Source of the DNA: Lingula anatina
Taxonomy: Eukaryota > Animalia > Brachiopoda
Assembly (NCBI GenBank): GCA_051362555.1
Contig: CM120643.1
Coordinates: forward strand, 29,764,848 to 29,828,847
Length of the DNA: 64,000 nt
Direction of reading: 5' to 3'
Below, piece by piece: positions 23,930 to 35,384 of this stretch. The notes under the pieces are model-generated. The model was not told the origin of the DNA. It searched no databases and saw only the letters and a list, made by a program, of their open reading frames with translations. The first letter of the stretch is position 1; the number at the start of each line of letters is the position of its first letter. The position numbers and the translations under genes were made by a program.

Positions 23930-24940
23930 ATAAAATGAGGACAGTCGTCCGTAGCCCAGGTTTTGCACTGCCTGGTGTATGAGGAGCCTGGCCTGGGACA
24001 TCTAGCACTTTTAACAGCGGACGCTAGCAAGATTAATCCTTAATCTCATCAAAGCCATTGCAAAACTCCGTTGCAAGGGTTTGAACACAATCGACTGTCT
24101 TTGTCACTTGGTCTGGCTGAGATGGCAAGTTGGCGCCATTTTTTACCTGATGTGACCTGTTTCCAGACTGCAGCAAGTGGCATTCAAGAGAATCGATCAA
24201 TACTTGTGGAATTTCCGCTCTGCTGTAAAAGCAAACAGGAACTGCATTTGCTGGTTCTACGTACTTGACGCTGGGATTCTCCTAAGTGCTTTCTAGTGTT
24301 TCCGGGGAAGGAGAGTATTTGAAAAGGTAATGATTTGTTGATAGAAGTCCATAACGATAAGCCAACTGGAAAACAATTTCGGGAACAAACAAGGAGAATA
24401 CATGTAAGTGTACAAGAATGTTCCCTGAATTACACGGTAAGCGCACGGCTGCCTGACAATCCTGCTTTCCTTCCCACCTGTCCCTTCTCTTCGAAATTTC
24501 GCCGCGAAACTGTTGAATGCTGTTAAAACCTACCCTAGGTTTTAGATTCCGGTATTGCCAGCTCGATCTTGATTTCATATATAATCCATATCAGCAATAC
24601 CAGGCTCTAGCCACCACCGTAAATTCGTGGGCGTTCTTCTTCAAAATTTTGCCTGGGGTGCTTCCATATTTGGAAGTCACAAGTCTAGTACATCACAGCT
24701 TTTCCCCCTGGAGCTCCCATATTTGGAAGCCATCTCTCGTACGTCGCATCTTTGCCCTCCTGGAGCTGCCTTTCCCGCCTTGCGCTGACGTATCTCGTGC
24801 AGACGAGACAAGAAACAAAGTGGCTGACGCGGAGAAGTTTGAATTGAAAATATCTTGCAGTGTCACAGTACAAGCAACATTCTGCTTTAAAAACTGATCT
24901 TGGTGTAGCCATCGCGTAGCCCTAATAGTGATATCGGGCA
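23930..24940 (-). pseudogene. Decayed coding-like region of unknown family upstream of copy B
   Basis: GC-balanced stretch with broken minus-strand ORFs (24282-24578, 24693-24941); its left third is paralogous to 2130-2430. Confidence 0.35.
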
Positions 24941-26088
24941 TCCAGTGTAGCTGTCAAGCTTGGCACATGTCAAGCACGTGTATTGTTTATCATCTTCAGG
25001 AGCAAATGTTTTTTGATAAGCAAAAAATACAAAAAACATTGGATATGTCTTTTTCTTTTAGAAAAATTATTTATTTTTTACTTTTTCATCTTTTTTTTAA
25101 AACAGTAAATAAGATTAAATAAAGCAGAATTAAATCTGTTTTACGTTTCATTTTGGTCTAATGACATTCAACTGCAGATTCACTGCGGAGCAGTTCTTTT
25201 TGATTGACGGAAATCGTACACTGTCGTTGTTCTTCAGAGTTCACTGTTGAAACCCGATTCACATTGAATCTGAAACTCAAGGCATTAAAACCCGGAGTCC
25301 CTGCATTTCATTCCATGCCGATAATTTAAGATCTTGGCGAGCTCGCCGCTTGTGGGGAACCTCCCTTTGACTATCCCGACCCCACATTACATAAAATAAC
25401 CCTTTATAAGATAAACCTAAGGGTTTGGGTACAATGGGCTCACATCTTTGGATAACGCGATCTGTACATACATGTGTAGTACTGCTAAAGAGATTCCCAG
25501 GATCCATGCCTTAAATTCTGCACACGGAAAATAATGACACGACTCCATGATGTAACTTCAATACAATATATTTTGCTACTCTAAAAGTTACATGGTACAA
25601 GCATGACCTCTCTCCACTTCTCTCTTCTATCCCGTCTCCACCTAAATTTAAGTGTACAGATTTTTATACCAAACTTTATCAGATAAACTGTCCATTACAT
25701 AACTTATAAACTGATTGGTAACTTCAGACACAAGTCCACCCCCTCATGGTGGGCACCCCCAATAACTCCATGTAATCAGGCTCTAACAGATTACTGGCTT
25801 AGAAACAAAGGACATTAAAATTTGAACTGCAAGGTGTGGAATATTATCTGAGGGTACTGATACACCTTGGTTTCCCAAGTGTGGCTTTAAGAGAAAGGCT
25901 TCCACTTATTGAATTAATACTGCGCACCTCGCATGTAATGTACACATAATTAAATAGCCCTTGTTGATATTATAACAGCCCCTCTTTTCCTCGAGAGGGC
26001 CTGGGTTCACCATTGATACTGTACATGTTACTGTTTATAAATTATTAGAAGGCACATTTTAACGTCTATTTCAGCCCACTGCGCCGCA

Positions 26089-28929
26089 ATGCCGATACTT
26101 GATAACAAGGCGTACCGTAGAGAGCTCCGTGCATGAATTGGTGACCCGGCCTTGACCCTTGACCTCCTGTACAGCGCCTCCAGAGACGGCTGCAGTGGTC
26201 CGGCTTTCCATGAAAAGTGCAACAACCAGGGTCCGACTGTTTCTATTGGTCAAAACAGTGCTGGTTACATCATAGGGGGATACACGAGCATTGCATGGAC
26301 ATCACGTGGATGTTATTTTAATGATGACCGTGCATTTTTGTTCCAGCTCTTTCCAAACATGGTAAAGTTCGCTCGCAATGGGAAGGGGAATGATGTTTTT
26401 GACGACGCCACGTACGGTCCATCTGGAGGTGGTAACAATCTGATCTTCTTTTCCAATTCATACACCAAATCTGGTGCTTATTTCAACACATATGGCAGCA
26501 GTAACTTCGGTAATAGTTATAATACCAATGGTTACAGTGCCAAAACATTTAATGGAAACAGCAACGCCTATCTCGTTAAATTGATGTTAAATTGCAGCGA
26601 AAATAGCAGTACAGATACGGCATAGTATAGTCATGGCAGTAGGAAGGGTAAATCATTGAAGTGTATGCTGTAAAACGTAAGTGTCATTGTACTCATCAAC
26701 TGTACTGGTATATTAGAATATTTTTTGTTTCATTCCAAATTCAGTGATCATTTATCAGTATTGATATGAATGATTAGAGCAATATAACAAAATTGCAAAG
26801 TTTTCAGCTGAATGTTTGTTATGAATAAAAAACTGAAATTTTAATACGTGCCTTTTTATTTACATTATACCGCGATGATAGTGTACCTTGACTTTCTTTC
26901 ATTATTTAATGATATAAACAGATATGCTTCTTGTACGGCACAATTGACAAATATTTTAACAACATCGGGTATTTATGTACAGTCCATTTGTCTCTTATTG
27001 TAGTTATTTTTTGACAGAGGGAAATCCAGGAGATGAATTATATGGGGAAGATAAACCATGGTGCAAAAGTGACATTATTGACTGGAGCGGTGAGGTATAT
27101 TTAGCTCTTTAATGTACATAAAAGAAAAAAATGATAATAAATGTTGTGACATTTGTTTTGAGAACATGTATAGAGAATCGTGGCGCCAACTGCACGATTG
27201 TACAGATGTACTTAAGAATCTGGAAGAACAGCAAATATTTCAACGAAGTTAATTTTATGAAAATTGGACTTGGAAAGAAAACGAAACGTGCACGTTTCGA
27301 ATAAATGTTTTAATCCTTCTCTCCTTCCAAAACTAGAGACTCCCTGTTGGATAGGTCGCTGTCGTTCTCCACTCCAAGCCCGACCAAAGTCCCCGCCGCA
27401 CGGCTCCTCCTGGTGGGCAGTGTGGGGGCGGGGAAATCCAGTTTCTTTAACACCGTGAGCTCTGTGTTTAAAGGTGAAATCCGCAGCCAGGCGGCGACCG
27501 GAACGACACCCCATTGCCTCACAACCAAGGTGTGTAAATGATTATGGTATCTGTATTAGTGGGATGTTGTACTTGGGCACGAAACACGAGCTTTTACATA
27601 AAGGTATTTAAAAGCCACCGTAATACGTTTTAAGGAGAAACTTACGGTACAAATTCGCTCATTTTTTAATAATTATTATGATTATTATTTGCTTTGGTAG
27701 TATCGTGTGTATGCGATTCGAGGAGGCCACCAGACGCCTGCGTTCCGTCTGTGTGACACCATGGGTCTGGAAGAGGACCAGGGACTAGATGTGGTGGACA
27801 TGTCTTATCTGCTTGGTGGTCACGTGCCAGACCATTTCCAGGTCAGTGACGTATTAAGTCGTAGAGGTTCAGAGTCAGGGAAGACGGAGGTGTTCTGATG
27901 GCATAGAGGCCGGTGTCCAACTCCCTGTCGAATATGTCAGTTATATGTTATCACAAGCCTAAGACTGATTATTAGATGGCAACTTCTCTGATTTGGCCAA
28001 GCATTTGGGACATGTGGCTAAAAAAATGCTTCAGCATGTGTTTTTCTAAAGAATTACCTTAGACAAAAACTTATCTTTTTGAAAGTTGTGCGTAAAGCTG
28101 TGTGATTTGTTTCAGAATTAAGATGAATCTATTTGCCCATATAGTTAATTTAACATTGTAAAGTTTGTGATTTTTGTATCTTTATCAAAATATATTGTAG
28201 CTGTTTTACTTTAATGTAGTCGGTGAATTAAGTGCAATTAAGTTTATAAGTTTATATTAATTTATCTCCAGTTTAACTCGGCTGTGCGTATCACACGCGA
28301 ATCTGCTGGTTTTGTGAAGGACCCTGGTTTGGCTGACGTCATCCACTGCGTAGCACTTGTCATAGATGGCAGCACATACAAGGTCATGTCTTCCAAGGTC
28401 AAGGAAAAATTGCTGGGTGTACAAACCCTGGCACGTGATAGAGGTAACGTCTATAGTTTTGTAAACCGGGATTTCAAAGTCGATCGATCAAAGTCGATCA
28501 TTTTCTTTTAAGATGTTAAATTGCAGCGAAAATAGCAGTACAGATACGGCATAGTATAGTCATGGCAGTAGGAAGGGTAAATCATTAACTAACCTTTAAA
28601 CTCTTGCAGATATCCCGGTCCACGTGGTCTTGACCGAGGTGGACAAAGTATGCCAGGACGTAGCTGAAGACCCATCTTTGATATTTCGCAGTCGTGCCAT
28701 TGAAAATAAATTGAAAGAAATCAGTGATGCATTCGGCATACAGAGTAATCACGTCCAGCCCGTGGAAAACTACGAGTCCGAAATGTCCACTGACCCCAGA
28801 GTGGACATCCTCGCACTTACTGCCCTCAGACAGATGACCGTAAGTGCTGATGACTATATTGAGGATCGACTAGACGATAAGGAAGTTGAGACCGACACCA
28901 AAATCTCGATGATGAATATTAGTAGTTAA
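26089..28929 (+). pseudogene. IFI44L: Interferon-induced protein 44-like gene, copy B (TLDc + P-loop GTPase), disabled
   Basis: Exons 26089-26676, 27018-27094, 27332-27529, 27701-27841, 28272-28443, 28610-28929. TGG>TGA at codon 16 (26134-26136), frameshifting insertion 26576-26654, exon-3 acceptor AG>AA (27330-27331), G4 TKVD>TEVD. Confidence 0.9.
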
Positions 28930-29200
28930 CTGCCAGGAGTCATGTACCACAGCGCCCTCTGTTGTTTCAGTTGTAGAACTAAAACAAATAAGACGAGACT
29001 TCTGCGCATAGCGATTTCTGATTCAAACACACCTCAAATATACACGTACGATATATACTGGTATAACATCAAATTATGATTTATGCAAAGAGTCTGTGCA
29101 CGATCGTGTTCGAGGTGCATATGGGAAGTAGAGCACGTAACTATATTTGTCCTCCATCCGTTCTAACTGATATCTTGTTGTACAGCTTCATTTTTTTACG

Positions 29201-29354
29201 TCGGTGTAACGTGTCAGAGAGTCCGCTTCCCATTCATTTGTACAGGTAAGCATCGCCCTAGATTTTGACCCAATTATGTCAGGCTAACCCTAACCATTAC
29301 AACTAAATGAAGGGCGGACTTTCTTTTACACGGACCCTCAGTTCGTTACACCGG
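29201..29354. mobile_element. Small MITE (CGGTGT..ACACCG ends)
   Basis: Inverted ends CGGTGTAAC / GTTACACCG; related to 44551-44743; largely absent from the paralogous 3' flank of copy A. Confidence 0.65.
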
Positions 29355-30103
29355 CTGATTACAGATATTGGCAAAATATTTTGGTTGAGAGATATTTCAA
29401 CAAAGATATCAATGTACACTGTATTGTTTCAACGTAGTAGCAGTTCGTGATGCTGTGGCCGAGAATGATATGCATTCTGTAGACCATTAACCAGAGAATA
29501 AATGTCTATTCCTCATAAACTGTGGCCCATTATTTCATTGTATTACTTAGACAATTGGCTTTTCAACTTAAACTGTAACCAGCTGTTTCATTTTATTAAA
29601 GGGGTAGGTAGACAGTTATAATTGGTTTACTGCTAGTGATTATTGTAAACTGTAATCATTTTTTTTTTCATTTTATTAAGTAGACAACTGTCTATTTGTC
29701 ATAATCTGTGACCAATTATTTCATTTTATTATAGGGGTAGGTAGACATATTTGGTTTACTAATAGTGATTATCATGGGCAAAAGTAGAAAAATTTTGTTT
29801 TGAAAGTTAAAACCAACTTTTTACCTTCTGTTGACACGTGGAGCCAGTCATAGTAGATATGTGTAAAAGTAATACAGGGAACGTTTGTTCATCTTAAACT
29901 GAAACCAATTATTTCATTTTTTTAATTAGAAAAACAGTTATATTTGATTACTAGTGATTGCCTTGGGTTAAATTAGACTTATATTTTGATCTGAAAGTTA
30001 AAACCAAAGTTCTGTCGTCAGTTGGCATGTGGAACTAGTCAGATATATGTGTTGCTTCCTTCAAAGTGTTTAATAAATGTTGAACCCAAACTAGTTATTG
30101 ATA

Positions 30104-30660
30104 TATACTGAGAGTCGATGGAAACGCATCAGAAAACTTTCTTGTACTTCTTTACCCAGAATCGATTCCAACCATAGAAACGAGTACAAATGCACTTGTT
30201 TGGTTATAAGAGAGTGGGCTGACCACTCGGATGTTTAAAATTTCCGCTTCATTGATTTTGTGATCAGCTGTTACAAAATCATGTGTTTTTCTTGTCTCGT
30301 GATTGGTGTGAATTAATCCGGTTCAATATGGTGATTAATTAGGTCTATTTAAGGTAGTCACCAAATCCAGTATGACACATAACAAAAAATGTTCAGTGAT
30401 GCCACGTCTGACACTGGAATAGCGACTGCGGGCCCTGGGGATGCTGGAGAATGGCCGGAACCAAAGAGATTTGATCACGTGACCTTGTATTTTAATGATC
30501 TTTTCTGACCTTTATTTCACCTTGTGTGATTGAATGATGGATCATATTTCACACGATACTGCTGTTTTAAACATCAGTTTTCTTTAAAAACAGGACGGAA
30601 CAACGAAAGAGAAAATTTAGGAAAAAATTAAAGCAGTTCTTTTTCTGATTTCAGCATATA
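30104..30660 (+). mobile_element. Internally deleted Tc1/mariner remnant
   Basis: Transposase N-terminus MPRLTLE*RLRALGMLENGRNQRD at 30399; weak terminal inverted similarity. Confidence 0.5.
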
Positions 30661-32699
30661 ACACCAAGTAAATACTAATAGGGATTGCTTTGATTTACTT
30701 TTGACGTTACACATTGTGGTACTCAGTCACTGGCGAACAATTTGTGGAATATTCATTAAATCAAAAACCAAGGGCCAAGGTGTAAGCAGCGACAAACCAA
30801 TTACTGGAATTCACTGTGACCATGGGCTTTTATGCCCATATATTTTTATATATGCGCATATGTGAACTAAAGGTTCAGTAAAGCCGAGTTGGACATTCAG
30901 CTGTCAACTTCATCTGACCTGTTCATGCCGTCTGGATAAGTAGAATATTGTGTATATATACACACATATAACTTTAATTCCTAAAATAATTATAATCAAT
31001 CACGCCAAGTGAGCCTTGCATACATATATATCTTATGTACCATGTTATAGGCTACTTGGAGTTACCCTGGCCCAAATCCTTGCAAGCAGAAGTATACCTT
31101 CATTGAGGTTATAGTCAGCTAATATACTCCACATTGACCACATCAGCGAGGGCAGTGGTGCTGTTTGGCATAGGTGAGAGAAGCGTCGTGTTTCTCAGGA
31201 GCGTGTAATATTTTAAGGTGGGTTTTTTATGGGAAGAAAAGTGTGCAGAGGACGTAAAAAGCTGTATGTAAAATATAATATTTGATTGTTTTACAACCGC
31301 TGAAATTATTTTGTAAACTAAACTGTAAACATTATAGATTTACACTTTCGTCCACAGATATCGCAATTCTTGTTCAGTTTTTTTGATATACTTCTTGTCT
31401 GATAAGCGCACATGTACAGTTTTTTGTTGCTAAAGAACTTGGTGCTTAAAGTACATACTGAAGTGCTTGTTCAGATTTATTCGCAGATGTTTTTGTTTTC
31501 ACCGATTCTCTTAAAGGATGTGTAGCCGTATAGATGGCACACTCCCACTGGTAACTTTCATATATGACTTTAAACGTCCGTTATGTGAGCAAGGTGCCGC
31601 CAGGTCTCGCCCTCCCTCCCTCCCCCCCCCCCCTCCCCAACACCCACACCAACCAGCTTGGTGCCAACCAGGAGGAAATCTTTAAAATAATTTCTGTTGA
31701 AAGATAAAATTAACCATGTGTGTGTACCTTTTCATTTGCAACGTTATAATTTACCAGTTCATACCAGAGCCCTGCGCTGAACTCGTTATCGTCCAGGCCA
31801 TTTCAAAGGTCAGCGAGTTGTTGTCCGACAACCTTAATTCCGGATTGCTTACCTGTGGTTCTGCGGGCTAATACTCTGCGGGATGTTAACAGTTTCAAGG
31901 AAGCATCCCTAAATTACTTTTATCCTGTAAGTAAACTGGGTCTGTTGGTGCTGATCTCTGTAGTTTTGACATGTTTCAATCGTTATTCATCAGTGTGTCT
32001 TCTTGGCTTTAACCTAAAATACGGTCTCAATAAAGCTTCTGCTAAGAAACGTTATATTTGACGTTATTATGGAGCATTAATATGTATATGTAATTTAGTG
32101 TTCGCAAACATCCTAAAATTCTACTTTTGAATCGAATCTGTTGCTGTCGCAGTTTTTAAACGTAAATTGAATCACATGAAGAACAACACAATAAACGGAG
32201 CGAGGAATACGCAAATGTGCAACCAAAAAAAAATTTAATAATAAAATATAAGAAGAAGAATAAATACATGATGATTTATAAACTACAGTCCCTAAACTAA
32301 GTAGTATACGTTTATTTTAAGTCAGTAATGAAGAAGCCTTAAAACTAATGCTAACGTGTCTATATATAAACGGCGGGGTAAACCAACAAGTAAACCACGT
32401 CACCAAGTCCATTGAGTGGTAAAACATACCTACAAAGAGAGGTTAACAGGTTTCTAATAATATATTTAATATAATGATATATTTATTTAGATTATAAAAT
32501 TCATATAAATAAATGGAATTAACAAAAATACAGTACAAACACAAATAAAATACAAAGTTAAAGTTTTAACATATATTAAAAAGTAACGGTATTAAAATGA
32601 ATAAAAATCTGACCAAATTTATTGTTATTAAAAGTAAAGAGAAAATGGCCAATTATAATGATCTGTAAAAAAACTGATCAGTCATAAAACTTTTTGAAA

Positions 32700-34000
32700 A
32701 ATAAAGGTTTTAAGGCTTTTTTAAATCGTCTGTTGGGCTTTATTACCTTAGTCCTGATGGAAAATGATTCCATTCATATCGGGGCCTCGTATTCACAAGT
32801 TTTTTTTTCTCCAAAAGATTAAACCTTGCACATTGAGTTTTTAATATTATTTGGTCCTTATTTTTTATCGTGCAATTTGTGAGTAGTGAGAAACAAGTTC
32901 ACAAAGATAATCTAGTGGAAATCCAAAAAGGCAGCATGAGCGTATATAAAAAGTTAATAAATCCGAAATGAATAAATCCGTGCATTTACAGAGAGCCAGT
33001 GAAGTAAATCCGAAATGAATAAATCCGTGCATTTACAGAGAGCCAGTGAAGTTTTTTTTTATAATTGGTGTTAAATGATTCCCCTTTGGAGTCTAAGTAA
33101 GAAGACGAGCTGAGATGTTTCGAATGCGTTGAAGTTCTGGTTCTTTCTATGATGCAGCCATAGAGCAAGGAGTTCCAGTTCTCAAGACCCCAATTCAATC
33201 GAGTCGGGTAGAATATTGCACAGAGTACTGGTGATTCTGATATGACACATGCAGGTTTTTTAAAGGTTGGCTATCGGTTTTTCTATGGTCAAGGTGATAT
33301 CGAAAAAAACGCTCTTTTTTGCGTGCATAAAAACCCGCTTTACCATTATTTAATTTTAACTTAGCTTTTACCATCCAGCGTATTTGTTATTTTGATTATT
33401 GCACCATCAGGCTTATGGTTATAACAGTAAATGTATAACGGAGTGGCATCAGGATTTATGTAATAACTAGTGTGACACCCAAGGACAGGGTGTAAATGTA
33501 AAATTTAAGTGGGCCAAAACACTGTCCTGTGGAACACCAAAGACGAGTTGTTATACAGGAAGGTCAGAGCTCGAGTACACCTAGTATATCTATTGTTTTC
33601 TTCCAATGAGAAAGGGCCATAGAAGAGCGAAAGTCTTGTCCTTAATTTCAGCTGAATCCTCAAAAAAATGACAGAAGGACGGAGTGATCAATATAGTGTC
33701 AAATGCTGCAGTACAAGCAGGACTACAGAGTCTGTGTCAATAACGGTCAAAATGTCGTTTTTCATTCTCAGAAAATAAGATCAGTGTTATATATATATAT
33801 ATCGGTTAATCGTTCCGTTTCAGATGCTTAAAAAAGCACCTTTCATAGCTTTCACTGGCCTATAATGTTCAAAGTTATTATGATCCAGTTTGTTCCTTTT
33901 TAAGAAGAGGTCTATTTACTGCAGTTTTGGATGAAGCCGAAACTATTCCGTACCTAAAACATATATTTAGCAATTCATTGATGGGATTGAAGACAGATGG
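32700..34000 (-). mobile_element. Highly decayed L2/CR1-type LINE
   Basis: Minus-strand RT motifs AAFDT (~33700), GVPQDS (~33530), LHWL (~33045); boundaries approximate. Confidence 0.6.
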
Positions 34001-35384
34001 TAACATATGATCAGAGCTAAGTGGTCTACATCTCCTGATCAGGACATAGAACCAGGCACATTTCTGGAGCAGACCTGCATCACATTAGATATCACGTATA
34101 ATCCAGTTATTGCCAGTACAGACTCAGATTGACCTACCAAATAAGTCAAGGCTAGTACATAAATTATCCATACTTTGACCTGCCATATAGGTGCGTTTTT
34201 TATAAGCTAAATGTGAATATTAGGGAGGCACTAGTATGAAACAGATTTTTTTCAATCATTGAGGTTTTCAAAAAATCCAAAATATATATTGTAAAAACAT
34301 TTCTACATGATAAAATGTTCTGATTGACGAAAGACTCATTGTGTACTGACAGTGAGATCAGGTTGTAAGGAGGTGTGAGTGGGAAATTTTGTAAACAACC
34401 CTCTATATTGACTAGTACATGGACTGCGTTTTAGTTATTGCAGAGTGAATATGCCCTCGTAAAAGCCACAGAAATGCAATGGTTTGGTGAACTGCCCTGC
34501 CACTCTAGGTGATGTCAAATACAGCTTTATATCAGTGCGACCTGAGGTCATACAGGACCACCTGGTTCAGATGATGACATGTTATTAAGTAGGCATGCAC
34601 ATTGCCTGGTTTTCTTGTTGTTGGTTTTCCTGGTTTCCACTTCTTTTAACACCAGGTAACGCATCATGCACTTGTATAGCCTTCAAAGTACTAGTATAAC
34701 TGAGTGACGTTGGTTACACGTAGGTGGAGACGAGGTGCAGATCTTTCTCCGATACTGTCAAGAACCCAGAGTTCAGCCAAAACAGCACCTTAATGGCCGG
34801 AGTTTTAATCTGGGCAGAATTGATATTATATTTTGCGCTACTTGCAAAGGAGGGTGTGAAATTATTTGCAAATGGGTGCTACTTGTTTAGAAGGGGATGC
34901 CGTTTCACTGCTTGGCATTCGCGATATTTGACGTAGATACGTCAAAGTTCATGTTCACACGTTGCTTCCCTAATTACTTTACATTACCAGTATGATGTAC
35001 ATGTTTATGGGTCCGTTAACCTGTACATAAACACTAATATTTCATAATTCATACGTGTTGTTTTAGGCTATTAAATAATGAATCGTACAACATGCAATTG
35101 TGTCATTTTGTGTGATATCTGGTTATTTATGTTTAAATGTTGCATTTCCAGTGAGAGGTCATCGACGCCCAGTGCAAAATTTGAACATACAATGTAGCTG
35201 ACTGATTGGAGTACCAAAACCTGTTGGTTATGACACGTTTTCGGCGATAATTTCGTTTGGTTTCCTTTCATTTGATTGATCAATTTTACTTGTTATTGCT
35301 ACTGATGGAATGGAATTTGATTTATTTATCATCTTTGTAATTGTTCCAGTGACACAAATTCCGAGTGCCTTCAAATGCAAGTGA

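Noticed and set aside
27272-27287. ISRE/IRF-like motif GGAAAGAAAACGAAAC in copy B intron 2
   Set aside because: Fits GAAANNGAAA, but such motifs are common in AT-rich DNA and I saw no counterpart in copy A.
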